Below are positions 1 to 9,784 of a DNA stretch of 64,000 nt, piece by piece. Source of the DNA: an uncultured Gemmatimonadales bacterium. GTDB lineage: Bacteria > Gemmatimonadota > Gemmatimonadetes > Gemmatimonadales > GWC2-71-9. The notes beneath the pieces are model-generated. The model made no database searches and had not been told where the DNA came from. It worked only from the letters and a program-made list of their open reading frames with translations. Made by a program: the position numbers and the translations under genes. Location of the stretch: positions 1,600,001-1,664,000 of the forward strand of contig CAVYSW010000003.1 of NCBI GenBank assembly GCA_963771275.1, written 5' to 3'. How positions within the stretch are numbered: position 1 is the stretch's first letter; each line of letters starts with the position of its first letter.

Positions 1-417
1 GTCGTACGCGAAGCTGACGTACCCGTAAGGCCGCCGGCCCAGGTGGACGCCGTTGATCCAGGCGTCGCTGTTCATGTAGATCCCGTCGAACGCGAGCCAC
101 ACCTCGCGGCCGCGCGCGCCGGCGGGCAGGCGAAACGCCTTGCGGTACCACCCGATCCCTGACGGGAAGTACCCCACACGCCCGCCGCCGGGGGCGTCCT
201 GACGCGGCGTCCCCTCGATGCTCCAGTCGTGCGGCAGGTCCAGCCGCCGCCACGCGCGGTCGTCGAAGGTCGGCCGCTCGGCCCCGGCCTGGTCGCCGAG
301 GGTGAAGCGCCAGCCGGGATCCATGGAAAGGCGCTGCCGCTGACCCGCGGCGGGGCGCGCCGCCACCGACAGGGCCAGGCCGAGAGCGAGCACGGGTGCA
401 GCGCGGATCAGGCGCAT
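1..417 (-). CDS. Glycoside hydrolase family 2 (beta-galactosidase-like), N-terminal part; runs off the window edge
   Basis: Manual translation from ATG at 417 (AAGGA upstream): signal peptide MRLIRAAPVLALGLALSVAA, then WRF..DDRAWRRLDLPHDWSIE..GIGWYRKAF..FDGIYMNSDAWING.HLG.RPYGY, typical of the GH2 sugar-binding domain. Not in the ORF track. Confidence 0.9.
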   Translation of the reverse strand, partial: MRLIRAAPVLALGLALSVAARPAAGQRQRLSMDPGWRFTLGDQAGAERPTFDDRAWRRLDLPHDWSIEGTPRQDAPGGGRVGYFPSGIGWYRKAFRLPAGARGREVWLAFDGIYMNSDAWINGVHLGRRPYGYVSFAYD

Positions 418-503
418 CGTTCGGTTCCTTGGTACCGGCAACGCCGGTACATTAGGGCGAGCGCGGGCGAAACCGCAAGAACGACGGGCGGAGGAGGCTC
501 GAG

Positions 504-1868
504 ATGCGCAAAGGTCTCGCGGCAGTGGCGGCGTGTGTGTGGTTGGTCGCCGGGTACCCCACGACCCGGCCAGCGTCGGCCCAAGCGTCCGCGGGCGCGC
601 TGGCACCGGACACGTCGTGGGTCGCCCGCAGCGCGCTCTATGAGGTGTTTGTTCGCGACTTTTCGCCGACGGGCGATTTCCGGGGCGTGACGCAGGGGCT
701 GGACCGCATCGAAACGGCGGGCGCGAACGTCGTGTGGCTGATGCCGATCTTCCCGGTCGGGGTCGTGAACCGGAAGGGCCCGCTTGGGTCGCCGTACTCG
801 GTGCGCGACTACCGCGCAGTCGATTCCGCGTACGGCACCGCCGCGGACTTCCGGGCGCTCGTCCAAGCCGTGCACGCCCGTGGGATGAAGCTGATTCTCG
901 GCTGGGTGCCGAATCACACCTCGTGGGACAATGTCTGGGTCCGGGAGCATCCCGACTTCTACGTCCGCGACGAGCGCGGCGCGTTGACCGTGCCGCGCGA
1001 CGACCAGGGCAAGCTGACCGACTGGACGGACGTCGCGCAGCTCGACTACCGGAATCCCGCGCTGCGCCGCGCGATGATCGCCGCCATGCGCTATTGGCTG
1101 GAGGCGTTTGGCATCGACGGCTTCCGGATGGACGTCGCCGGCTTCGTCCCCGACGACTTCTGGCGCGAGGCCGTGCCGGCGCTGCGCTCCGCCGTCCCCC
1201 GGCCGATCCTGCTGCTCGCGGAATGGGGCGATCTCAAGATGCACCGGCTCGGCTTCGATCTCACGTACGCGTGGGACTCGTACCGCCGCCTCAAGGCGGT
1301 GTGGGCAGGCGCGCCGGCAGACACGTTCGTCCGGAGCGAGCTCGTGGACATGCGGGCGATGCCCCCCGGCGGCATGCGGCTGCGCTTCACCACGAACCAC
1401 GACGAGACGGCGTGGGACAAGCCGCCGGTCACGCTCTTCGGTGGTGCCGCGGGCGCGCGCGCGGCGTACGTCGCCATGGCGCTGCTGCCGGGCCGACCGC
1501 TGCTCTACAACGGGCAGGAGGTCGAGAGCCCGCAGCAGCTCGGCCTGTTCGTGCGGGACTCGATCGTGTGGACGCAGCCCCACGCGGACTCGGCGCGCGC
1601 CTTCTATCAGCGGGTTCTGCACCTGGCGCGCACGGATCCGGTGTTCATCGCGGGCGACCTCCGTGCGGTCGGGACCAGCGCCCCCAACGATGTGATCGCC
1701 TATCGGCGGGGCAACAGGATCGTGCTCGTGAACCCCCGATCGCGCGAGGTGCGCGTCGTCGTCACGGGTTTCGACGTGAATGACGCGCGGGATCTGCTGT
1801 CGGACCGTGTGCAGCGGGGCGACACCGTCGCGCTCCCGGGCTACGGCGCGATGGTGCTCCGTCGCTGA
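504..1868 (+). CDS. Secreted GH13 alpha-amylase family protein
   Basis: GGAGG RBS, signal peptide, YEVFVRDF, WLMPI, VPNHT, GFRMDVA (nucleophile D), LAEW (acid/base E), NHDE. Confidence 0.93.
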   Translation: MRKGLAAVAACVWLVAGYPTTRPASAQASAGALAPDTSWVARSALYEVFVRDFSPTGDFRGVTQGLDRIETAGANVVWLMPIFPVGVVNRKGPLGSPYSVRDYRAVDSAYGTAADFRALVQAVHARGMKLILGWVPNHTSWDNVWVREHPDFYVRDERGALTVPRDDQGKLTDWTDVAQLDYRNPALRRAMIAAMRYWLEAFGIDGFRMDVAGFVPDDFWREAVPALRSAVPRPILLLAEWGDLKMHRLGFDLTYAWDSYRRLKAVWAGAPADTFVRSELVDMRAMPPGGMRLRFTTNHDETAWDKPPVTLFGGAAGARAAYVAMALLPGRPLLYNGQEVESPQQLGLFVRDSIVWTQPHADSARAFYQRVLHLARTDPVFIAGDLRAVGTSAPNDVIAYRRGNRIVLVNPRSREVRVVVTGFDVNDARDLLSDRVQRGDTVALPGYGAMVLRR

Positions 1869-2068
1869 TGCACCGCGGAGCACGCCGAACACGCAGAGAC
1901 GGCTCTTGCTGCCGTTGAAGACGTTGTCTTCCTCCGTGTTCTCCGCGATCTCTGCGGTATCACAGTGCGTCGCTGATGCACCGCGGAGCACGCTGAGCAC
2001 GCAGAGACGGCTGTTGCTGCCGTTGAAGACGTTGTCTTCCTCCGCGTTCTCCGCGATCTCTGGGTATC
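1860..2068. repeat. Tandem duplication (period 108 bp) of a palindromic REP-like element between convergent genes
   Basis: 1860-1961 and 1968-2068 are near-identical. Each has arms accgcggag-cacgc(c/t)ga(a/g)-cacgcagag ... ctccg(t/c)gtt-ctccgcgat-ctctg(c)ggt. Confidence 0.9.
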
Positions 2069-2086
2069 GGATTCCGTCCGGCTGCG

Positions 2087-3766
2087 CTATTGCCGGACGA
2101 GGTCGAGCACCAGACTCTCCCTCGAACTGATCTCGCCGGCAACCGGCACGTAGCGCTGGATACGCCCGTCCTCGCCGACGGTGAGCGGCGCGCCGTCCGG
2201 GCCGCCGAGCAAGTTGCGCGGCGCGTACGTGCCGGCCGGCAGCACGCCCTCCGCCGAGCCGACCGAGACGCCGGAGGCCGGCTCGGGGCCGAGGTTCGCG
2301 ACCACGAGCACGCTGTGGTCGCCCGCGCGGCGGAGGTAGGCGGCGACCTGCGAGCTGCCGGTCGAGAGCGGCACCAGCCTGCCCGTCGCCAGGGCCTCGT
2401 GCTCGCTGCGCAGGTGGATCAGGCGGCGGTAGAGGTTGAGCAACGAGCCGGCATCGGCGTCCTGCGCCTCCACCGTGGTGGTGAGCGAGTCAGGCTGGGG
2501 ACCCGCCCACGGCGTGCCGGACGTGAAGCCCCCGCCGGGACGCGGGGCCCATTGCATCGGGGTCCTGAGCCGCGGATCGGGCTTGCCCCCCGTCATCCCG
2601 ATCTCTTCGCCGTAGTAGACGAACGGCAGGCCGGGCAGCGTGAGCAGCAGCGTTGCCGCCAGCCGCGCGCGGGAGATGTCCCCCCCGAGTGCGGTGAGTG
2701 TGCGGGTCCCGTCGTGATTGCTCAGGAACGGCGACCAGCGGTACGCCGGCAGCGTGTCCTGCAGCCGGAGGTAGCCGGGGAGCAGCCCGGCCGCGGAGCC
2801 GGTGCGGACCACCGACAGGAGCGAGTCGGACAGCTCGAAGGCGAAGTACGAGGTGAGCTGGTCGGGGTAGTAGGGGCGGAGCGCCGCGATATTGCCCCAT
2901 GCCTCGCCCACCGTGTAGGCGTCGGGCCTCACGCTCGCGACGTGCGCGGCGTACTCGTGCAGGAAGGCGTGCGTGCCGGCGCAGCTCATCTGGCAGTCCC
3001 CGTCCTCCACGAGGTACGGGACCGCGTCCAGGCGGAATCCGTCCACGCCCATCTCACGCAGCCAGTACGTGGCGATCTGCTTCGCTTCCTCCCGCACGGC
3101 GGCGGTGTGGTAGTCGAGGTCCGGCATGTCGGGCGAGAACACGCCGTAGTAGTACTCGCCGCGCACCGGGGAACGGCGCCAGGCTGGCTGGCCCCACGGG
3201 CCGTTGCCCAGCGGGGTCGGGGAGAACCGGTACCACGCGCGATAGGGCGACGTCGTGTCGCGCAGCGCCGCCTGGAAGTACGGGTGCTCGCTGGACGTGT
3301 GGTTCAGCACCATATCCACCAGCACGGAGATCCCGCGGCGATGGGCTTCCGCGACGAAGCGCTTGAAGTCCTCATTGGTGCCGTACGCCGGCTCCACGCG
3401 GTAGTAATCGCTGACGTCGTAGCCGTGGTAGCTGGGGGACGCGGCCACCGGCATGAGCCAGATGCAGGAGGCACCCAGGTCGCGCTGGGAGGTTGAATCC
3501 CCATCGTTGATGTAGTCGAGCTTGGCCGTGAGCCCGTTGAGGTCGCCGATCCCGTCGCCATCGCTGTCATAGAAGGAGCGCACGAAGATCTCGTAGCACA
3601 CCGCACCGTGCGTCCACGGGGGCGCAGTGGTGACGCCCGCAGCATGGGGTGGGGCGACGTGCTCGCCACAGAGAACACGGAGACCACAGAGGCTGTTCTC
3701 TGCGTTCTCTGCGGTAAGGACACCAGCCGCCACTACTGCGGACAGCGCCAGCCACGGCGATTTCAT
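2087..3766 (-). CDS. GH13 alpha-amylase / oligo-1,6-glucosidase-like protein, exported
   Basis: Real start is MKSPWL at 3766 (ATGA overlap with the GH97 stop, GGAGG upstream). Motifs YEIFVRSFYDSDGDGIGD, YHGYD, DMVLNHT, GFRLDA, VGEAW, SNHD, YYGEEIGM. Confidence 0.93.
   Translation of the reverse strand: MKSPWLALSAVVAAGVLTAENAENSLCGLRVLCGEHVAPPHAAGVTTAPPWTHGAVCYEIFVRSFYDSDGDGIGDLNGLTAKLDYINDGDSTSQRDLGASCIWLMPVAASPSYHGYDVSDYYRVEPAYGTNEDFKRFVAEAHRRGISVLVDMVLNHTSSEHPYFQAALRDTTSPYRAWYRFSPTPLGNGPWGQPAWRRSPVRGEYYYGVFSPDMPDLDYHTAAVREEAKQIATYWLREMGVDGFRLDAVPYLVEDGDCQMSCAGTHAFLHEYAAHVASVRPDAYTVGEAWGNIAALRPYYPDQLTSYFAFELSDSLLSVVRTGSAAGLLPGYLRLQDTLPAYRWSPFLSNHDGTRTLTALGGDISRARLAATLLLTLPGLPFVYYGEEIGMTGGKPDPRLRTPMQWAPRPGGGFTSGTPWAGPQPDSLTTTVEAQDADAGSLLNLYRRLIHLRSEHEALATGRLVPLSTGSSQVAAYLRRAGDHSVLVVANLGPEPASGVSVGSAEGVLPAGTYAPRNLLGGPDGAPLTVGEDGRIQRYVPVAGEISSRESLVLDLVRQ
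3665..3715. repeat. REP-like palindromic element inside the GH13 coding sequence (51 bp, in frame)
   Basis: gccacagag-aacacggag-accacagag-gctgtt-ctctgcgtt-ctctgcggt; same family as the copies at 1872, 1980 and 18364; read as TAENAENSLCGLRVLCG. Confidence 0.8.
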
Positions 3767-5835
3767 GGCTGTCCTCCCGCCGGCCGGATGCGGATGGCCT
3801 GTCCGCCGCCCGGTGCCAGCGCGATGTGGAGGGTGGAGCCCGCGTTCACGTCCTGGCGGCTGATGGCGACCGGGAACGGGTTGTCCCGCCAGTTCGCGCC
3901 GGGCCCGTCGGCGTAGATCTCGGCCACGTAGCGGGTTCCTCGGGTGAGGAACGACAGCGGCACGTCGAACGACCGCGGCTCCTCGTCGGTGATCGCGCCG
4001 AGGAACCACTCCGGGGAGCCGCGCTGCCTGCGGGCGACGATCACGTAGTCCCCGATCTTGCCCTTCAGTACCGCCGTCGTGTCCCAGTCGACCGCGACGT
4101 CGCGGATGAACTGGAAGGCGGGCTGACCCGCGTAGTTCTCCGGCAGGTCGGCCGCCATCTGCAGCGGAGAGTAGAGCACCACGTAGAGCGCGAGCTGTTT
4201 GGCGAGCGTCGTCCGGACGCGCGGCTCTTCCGGCGTGTGCGGCCGGCCCGTGCTCCGCTCGAGAATGTCGAAAATCCCCGGCGTGAAGTCCAGCGGCCCG
4301 GCCAGCAGCCGCGTGAAGAAGAGGATTGTCTCGTGCTCCGGGGGGTTGCCACCGTCGCCGCTCCAGGCGTTGTACTCCTGACCGCGGGCGCCCTCGCGGG
4401 TCATCATGTTCGGGTAGGTGCGGCGCTCGCCGGTATCGTGGATCGGCTCGTGCACGTCGAGCATGATGCCGTACCGGGCCGCGGTTTCGATCACGCGGCG
4501 GTAGTGCCGCACCATGAACTGCGACCAGTGCGAGTCGCCCTGCGCGGTCGTGTCCGTGACGTAGCCGGTCTTGACGGCGTCCACCCCCAACGACCGATAC
4601 AGCGCGAACGCGCTGTCCAGCTGGCGCTCGTAGTTCTCGATCCCCCCGGACGTCTCGTTGTGCACGATGAGCCGCACGCCCTTCTGCCGGGCGTACGCGG
4701 CGACTGCCGCGAGGTCGTAGTCGGGGTAGGGCCGCGTGAACGAGAACGCGTTCCGGTTCGCGATCCAGTCGCCGTCCCAGCCGACGTTCCATCCCTCGAC
4801 GAGCACGCCGCCGAACCCGTTCGCCGCCGCGAAGTCGATGTACCGCTTCGCATTGGCGGTCGTCGCTCCGTGCCTCGGTCCCGCGCTCCAGGTCATGACG
4901 CCGATGTGCATGCCCCACCAGATGCCCACGTACTTCATCGGGTGGATCCAGTCCGTCTTGGGCAGGGCGTTGGGCGGATTGAGGTTCAGGCCGAGCAGCG
5001 CGGGCGCCAGGTCCTCGGCGCGGTCGGCCAGCTGGATCGTGCGCCACGGCGTGACGAAGGGGGTGTGCCCGCGCACCTTGACGCCGTCGGCCCACGGCGC
5101 CAGCGCCGCCCGCAGGGTGCGGCCCTCCATCCGCGGCCCGGCGAGGTTCATCCGCGCGTAGTCCACCAGGTTCGCCTCGTGGATCACCAGGAAGGTGCGG
5201 CCGTCCGTGGTCTCCATGGTGAGCGGCGTCTGGACGCTGTCCAGCGTGCTCACCGGTGCGGACGAGAACAGCTCCTCGGAGCGGTCCATCCGCGGGCGGT
5301 CGGACGGGATCCACCAGGCGCGCGCGTTGTCCGCCAGGGCGAACTCGGTGAGCTCGTCGCTCAGCTCGAACGCGCCCAGGCCGGGCTGGTCGGGCACCTC
5401 GTACCGGAAGCCCACGCCGTCGTCGAACGCGCGCACGCGCACGGTGAATCGGCGGTTCGGGGCGGCGGTTTCCTCCACGGAGACGGCGAGCTCGTTGTGG
5501 TGGTCCCGCACCCGGACGACCTCGCCCCACGGCTGGGTCCACGTCGCGTCGTGCGCCTGCCTGGTGGTGTCCGTGATGCGCAGCCCGTCGCGCAGCGGGG
5601 GCGCGCCGCGGAATGCGAAGCCGAGCAGCGAGGGAAGGATCAGCCAGCGCCCGTCGCGCGCCAGGCTGTAGCTGAGCCGACCCTCGCGCACCGCGACGGC
5701 GACCCGATTCCGACCGTCCGGCGAGGTGACCAGCACGGAGTCCTGCGCGCCGAGTGGGCTCCCCAGAAGGGCTGCGAGAGCGAGCGCCGCCGCCCCTCGG
5801 AGGGTCCAGCGGGTGCGGGGCGAGTGCTTCGGCAT
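3763..5835 (-). CDS. susB: GH97 alpha-glucosidase (SusB-like)
   Basis: Start MPKHSP at 5835 with GGAGGAG RBS and signal peptide. Motifs SPDG, YVGIWW.MH, YIDFAA..G..GVLVEGWN.GW, HNETSG, VKTGYV, HEP, REGARGQEY, DFTPG, YSPLQMAAD. Confidence 0.93.
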   Translation of the reverse strand: MPKHSPRTRWTLRGAAALALAALLGSPLGAQDSVLVTSPDGRNRVAVAVREGRLSYSLARDGRWLILPSLLGFAFRGAPPLRDGLRITDTTRQAHDATWTQPWGEVVRVRDHHNELAVSVEETAAPNRRFTVRVRAFDDGVGFRYEVPDQPGLGAFELSDELTEFALADNARAWWIPSDRPRMDRSEELFSSAPVSTLDSVQTPLTMETTDGRTFLVIHEANLVDYARMNLAGPRMEGRTLRAALAPWADGVKVRGHTPFVTPWRTIQLADRAEDLAPALLGLNLNPPNALPKTDWIHPMKYVGIWWGMHIGVMTWSAGPRHGATTANAKRYIDFAAANGFGGVLVEGWNVGWDGDWIANRNAFSFTRPYPDYDLAAVAAYARQKGVRLIVHNETSGGIENYERQLDSAFALYRSLGVDAVKTGYVTDTTAQGDSHWSQFMVRHYRRVIETAARYGIMLDVHEPIHDTGERRTYPNMMTREGARGQEYNAWSGDGGNPPEHETILFFTRLLAGPLDFTPGIFDILERSTGRPHTPEEPRVRTTLAKQLALYVVLYSPLQMAADLPENYAGQPAFQFIRDVAVDWDTTAVLKGKIGDYVIVARRQRGSPEWFLGAITDEEPRSFDVPLSFLTRGTRYVAEIYADGPGANWRDNPFPVAISRQDVNAGSTLHIALAPGGGQAIRIRPAGGQP

Positions 5836-6059
5836 GCGGTTCTCCTCCTGGTGGTTCAGGGCCGGGTGAGGCAGGGCGGGTCCTTCATGGTGATGGGTTC
5901 TCACGCGAATGGCAACCGTGTCGCACCCGGGGCATGCGCCGATGGCCGACGGTGATGGGCGAGGGACGGTGCGGGCCGGTATCTTCCGCATGGGGAACAC
6001 GGCCTCGCGGGCCGGATCCGCGGTCCCGCAGTCGCGAGGCTTTGAGGAGGGATGATTCC

Positions 6060-6485
6060 ATGATGTCCCGAGCGCTTGGGCTGTTGCTCCTCCTCGGATG
6101 CGCGGGCGGCCGGGCTCCCGCCCCGGCGCCGGAGGCCCCGGCCGACACTGGACGTGTGGCCGCTGAGGAGGCCGGGTGGTGCGTGCGGCAGGCGGGGGTC
6201 ACGCTCCACGTGGAGAACCGGGGCTCAGCGGACGTGGAGATCACGTTCGGTGCCTACTGGACGCCGGGCCGCGCGGCCCCGGGTCTGTCGCGGACCACCT
6301 ATCGCGTCCCTCGGGCTTACCTGGCTGGCTACATAGGGCTGCGAATCCGGGGCGGACTCCGGCTGGGGCCGCGCCGGTGGATTCCCACTGAGTACGTGGT
6401 CTGCAACGATGCCACCCTGATCATCGGTGCCGAGCCGGGCCACAGCTTCTTCTACGGCGACCTCGTGGGGTTGGGGTGGCCCTGA
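6060..6485 (+). CDS. Hypothetical lipoprotein
   Basis: GAGGAGG RBS; MMSRALGLLLLLGC lipobox-like signal; small beta-rich domain. It lies antisense to the surrounding locus. Confidence 0.65.
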   Translation: MMSRALGLLLLLGCAGGRAPAPAPEAPADTGRVAAEEAGWCVRQAGVTLHVENRGSADVEITFGAYWTPGRAAPGLSRTTYRVPRAYLAGYIGLRIRGGLRLGPRRWIPTEYVVCNDATLIIGAEPGHSFFYGDLVGLGWP

Positions 6486-8035
6486 GCGCGGCCTGGTGAG
6501 GGAGGCAGCCGCGTGGCGGCATGGAGCGCCACGGCGCGCCGAGCCTCGAGATCCAGCTGCACTCGACCTGTCGAGTCCACCACGACGCTCCGGCCCACAC
6601 AGGCCCCGGCCTCGAGACCTCCGGTGAGCGCGTCACAGTAGGTACCGGGCGTGAGGCGGGTCGCGACGTCCACGGCGACCGTGGCGTCCTCCAGGTTGAT
6701 CGCGACGAACCCGAGATCGCCGCGCGAGAAGGCGACGGCGTTCGCGCCGTCGTCCCACCAGTCGGCGATCGGCGCGCCCGCGACGACGTGGCGGAATCTC
6801 ACCATGGCCGCTATCGCCGGATCGCGGTGCTCGCACACCCACTCCCCGATCGTTGCCGTCTCCAGGCTCGCGGCGCACGTGAGCGGCACCGCCCCACCGC
6901 CACCGGGCGGCGGGCCGGCGTCGCGCGAGGCCGGGCTGTCCCGATCGAACGCGTAGCTCGACATCACGATCGGGTACCCGTAGGGCTGCGCGAGCATCCA
7001 GACGTTGGCGAGACGGTAGGCGTCGCCGTCCAAGTACCAGATCCCCCCGCTCCGCTGGGTGTCGTGGTTCTCGAGGAAGACCACCGCCTTGTCCGCCGGC
7101 ATCAGTCCCCATGCCGCCTGGGAGAACTGCTTTCCGGGAGGACCGCCGGGGTCGAGGTCCGCGAGCTCCTGGCCGTCGGTGCCCAGGAACTTGTCGCCCA
7201 CCCCGCGGAACTTGAACTCGGTGAGGTCTGCGGCACCGCCCGAACCGTACGCCAGGCCGTAGTAGTCCGACGCGTGGACCGCTTCGCCCCCGTAGTCGAT
7301 CACCTCACCGAAGGAGTAGGGGAGCGGTAGCCCATCAGCGGCGAGCGACCGGTTCGCCAGCCCCAGAATGGAATCCAGCTCGACCGGTTGAATGTGTTTC
7401 GCCGCGTCGATGCGAAAGCCGGCCACGCCCAGCCGCGCGAGGCCCGCGAGGTAACCGGCGATCTTCTCCCGCACCGAGGCGAGACCGGTATTGAGGTCGG
7501 CCAGCCCGAACAACTCGCAATCCTGCACGTTCGCGGCGCTCTGATAGTCGTCGACCGTGCAGCCGGGGTGAAAGTCGCTCCGGGTGTACAACCGCGGGTA
7601 TTCGTACTTCGTGTACGCGGTGCCGGCGCTCCCCGTACCGGAGCCGGCGGTCATGTGGTTGATCACGGCGTCCACGTAGACGTCCACTCCCGCCGCGCGG
7701 CAGCGGCGCACCATGTCCTCGAACTCGGCCCGCGTACCGAACGTGGTCTGCCCGAGGTCGTAGCTCACCGCCTGATAGTGCTCCCACCAGGGCCTGCCGT
7801 TCACGACGGTGTGCTCCTGCGGCGGCGACACCAGCGCCGCGCGGTATCCGGCCGGGCCCAGCTCGCTCTCGCACTCAGCCGCCACGTCGGGCCAACTCCA
7901 CTGGAAGAGGCGCACGGCGACGTCGCCCGCCGCCATGTGGCCGCTGGGACGATAGGTGGGGTCGAGGGTCGGCCGGAGTGCAATGGGCGGCGTCGCCGGG
8001 CCGTCCGCGCACCCGGCCCAGGCCGCCGCAAGCAA
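6452..8035 (-). CDS. GH13 alpha-amylase of the actinobacterial/animal type, probable lipoprotein; exact start uncertain
   Basis: LFQWSW..VAAECE..LGPAG, SPPQEH, PWW..YQ.VSY, DAVINHM, GFRIDAAKHI, GEVI, ENHDT, CEHR, WWDDG..AVAFSRG; LAAAWAGC lipobox-like segment. Confidence 0.9.
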   Translation of the reverse strand: MLAAAWAGCADGPATPPIALRPTLDPTYRPSGHMAAGDVAVRLFQWSWPDVAAECESELGPAGYRAALVSPPQEHTVVNGRPWWEHYQAVSYDLGQTTFGTRAEFEDMVRRCRAAGVDVYVDAVINHMTAGSGTGSAGTAYTKYEYPRLYTRSDFHPGCTVDDYQSAANVQDCELFGLADLNTGLASVREKIAGYLAGLARLGVAGFRIDAAKHIQPVELDSILGLANRSLAADGLPLPYSFGEVIDYGGEAVHASDYYGLAYGSGGAADLTEFKFRGVGDKFLGTDGQELADLDPGGPPGKQFSQAAWGLMPADKAVVFLENHDTQRSGGIWYLDGDAYRLANVWMLAQPYGYPIVMSSYAFDRDSPASRDAGPPPGGGGAVPLTCAASLETATIGEWVCEHRDPAIAAMVRFRHVVAGAPIADWWDDGANAVAFSRGDLGFVAINLEDATVAVDVATRLTPGTYCDALTGGLEAGACVGRSVVVDSTGRVQLDLEARRAVALHAATRLPPSPGRAQGHPNPTRSP

Positions 8036-8159
8036 GAGGGCGGTCAGCGTGCGGGTCGCCGCGCGCGGCGCCTGGCGCCGCTGCGTCCTAAACGACGTGC
8101 AGCCCCGCCGCCGAAGCGGCGGAGCTGCAGCAGGGTGGAACGTCGTGGGAACGCCGGGC

Positions 8160-9740
8160 TCAGTAACCCGAATTCTGCGTCAGGTTCGGGTTGGCGATGA
8201 TCTCGTTCGCGGGCAGCGGGTAGAGGCTATCCCGCGCGGGCAAGGCGACCCCTCCCGGATCGTTGCCCTTCCAGGCCCAGACGTACGTGGCCCCGGTGAA
8301 CAGTCCAAAGCGGATCAGGTCGGCCCGGCGGCGTGTCTCGTACAGCAGCTCGCGCCCCCGTTCGGCAGAATCAGGAAGTCCAGCGTGAGCTCGGCGTCGG
8401 TGATGTCGCCGCTCGCGTCCCCGTACGCGCGCTGACGGAGCGCGTTGACGTAGGTCAGCGCCTGCGCCCGGCTGCCACCACCGCCACGGACCACGGCCTC
8501 GGCGTAGATCAGGTACGCCTCGCCCAGGCGGAAGATCGGGAAATCCGTGTCGACCATGCCAAGCTGCTGGCCATTGGTCCCGTCCGACTTCTTGTTCGTG
8601 AACTTGGGCGCGGCGATGCCGTTGGTGAAAGTGCCTTTGTCGATCACCGAATCCGTCTGACCGTCCGTCCAGAAGAACGCGGCCCGCCCGTCGAGCTCAG
8701 TGTCGAACTGGCGGTACGCCTGCTGCTTCAGGCGGTAGCCCCCCCAGCAGTAGTCGATGCCGTAGTCGGCTGACGACATGCTGCCGCCGCAGCCGGCGTG
8801 GATCAGGAACGTCATCCCGCCCCACGTCTGGGTGTGGTTGCCGTCCTGCAGGGCGGCGAAGATGATCTCGGGCGACAAGTTGTTGTCGGACGTGAAGTTG
8901 TTCCGGAAGACGGGATTCAGGCTGTACGTGCCCGAGCCGATGACGTCCTCCGCCGCGGTCACCGCGTCGGCCCAGTGCTCCGTGCCGGTGTAGACCTCCG
9001 CGTTCAGGTACAACTCGGCCAGCAGCATGTCCACGGCACCGGCCGTCGCGCGGCCGTAGGTGCTGGGCCCGGCCGTGGGCAGCTGGTCCCTGATGTCCTG
9101 GAGCTCGCTCACGACGAAGTCGAACAGCGCGGCCCGCGTGGCTCTGCTGCGGCGGCGTCGCGCCGAGCGGGTCCGCTTCGGTCACGAGCGGGATGTTCGC
9201 GAACAGATCAATCCCATGCCAGTAGCTCAAGGCCCTGAGAAACCGGGCCTCGGCACGGTACTGATGGACCTGGTCCGCGTAGTCGCTCTGTCCCCGCGCA
9301 TCGAGCGAGTCGTCCACGGTCTGGCGCAGGAACTCGTTCGCCAGCATGACCTGGTAGAAGACGCGGTAGTACATCGCGTTGACCATGCTGTTGTCCGCCC
9401 CCCAGAGCCCCGTGTTCAGATCGGGGAGACCGGGGTCGTTCCAGCCGATCACCGCCTCGTCCGTCGGCATCTCCTGGAGATACCAGTACAGTCTGAGGTA
9501 TTCTCCGAAGCCCTCGTCGATGCCGCTGATGTCCGGATTCCCGTCCGGCCCCCGTTGCCCGGTCACGATCAGCCCCGCGTAGATCCGCGCGAGGAACAGC
9601 TGATACGAGGCCGGATCGGTGAAGATGTTGGCTTCGGTCACCGTGCTCTTCGGAGCCACCGTGGGGTCCGTGCAGCCCGCCGCGGCCACGCACAGCAGGG
9701 CGGCGGCGACCGCGAACCCCTTCCACTTTCTGGTGTTCAT
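8160..9740 (-). CDS. susD: RagB/SusD family nutrient-binding outer-membrane lipoprotein, split by about 2 frameshifts (~9143, ~8366)
   Basis: MNTRKWKG..CVAAAGC lipobox, AEARFLRALSYW..DLF..IP, FPIFRLGEAYL.YAEA, ERGRELLYE..RR.DLIRFG, C-terminus NPNLTQNSGY* with stop at 8160. Confidence 0.88.
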
Positions 9741-9784
9741 TGTTCCGTCCCGTCTCAAGTGGTCGAGTCTCATGGTCGCAGCCC

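Noticed and set aside
1860..2068. Possible CRISPR array
   Set aside because: Only two ~100-bp units, the interiors are duplicated rather than unique spacers, and no cas genes are present.
2087..5542. 1151-aa ORF suggesting a giant amylase fusion
   Set aside because: The upstream ~590 aa is an Arg/Gly/Pro-rich off-frame reading of the GH97 gene. The real start is at 3766 with RBS and ATGA coupling.
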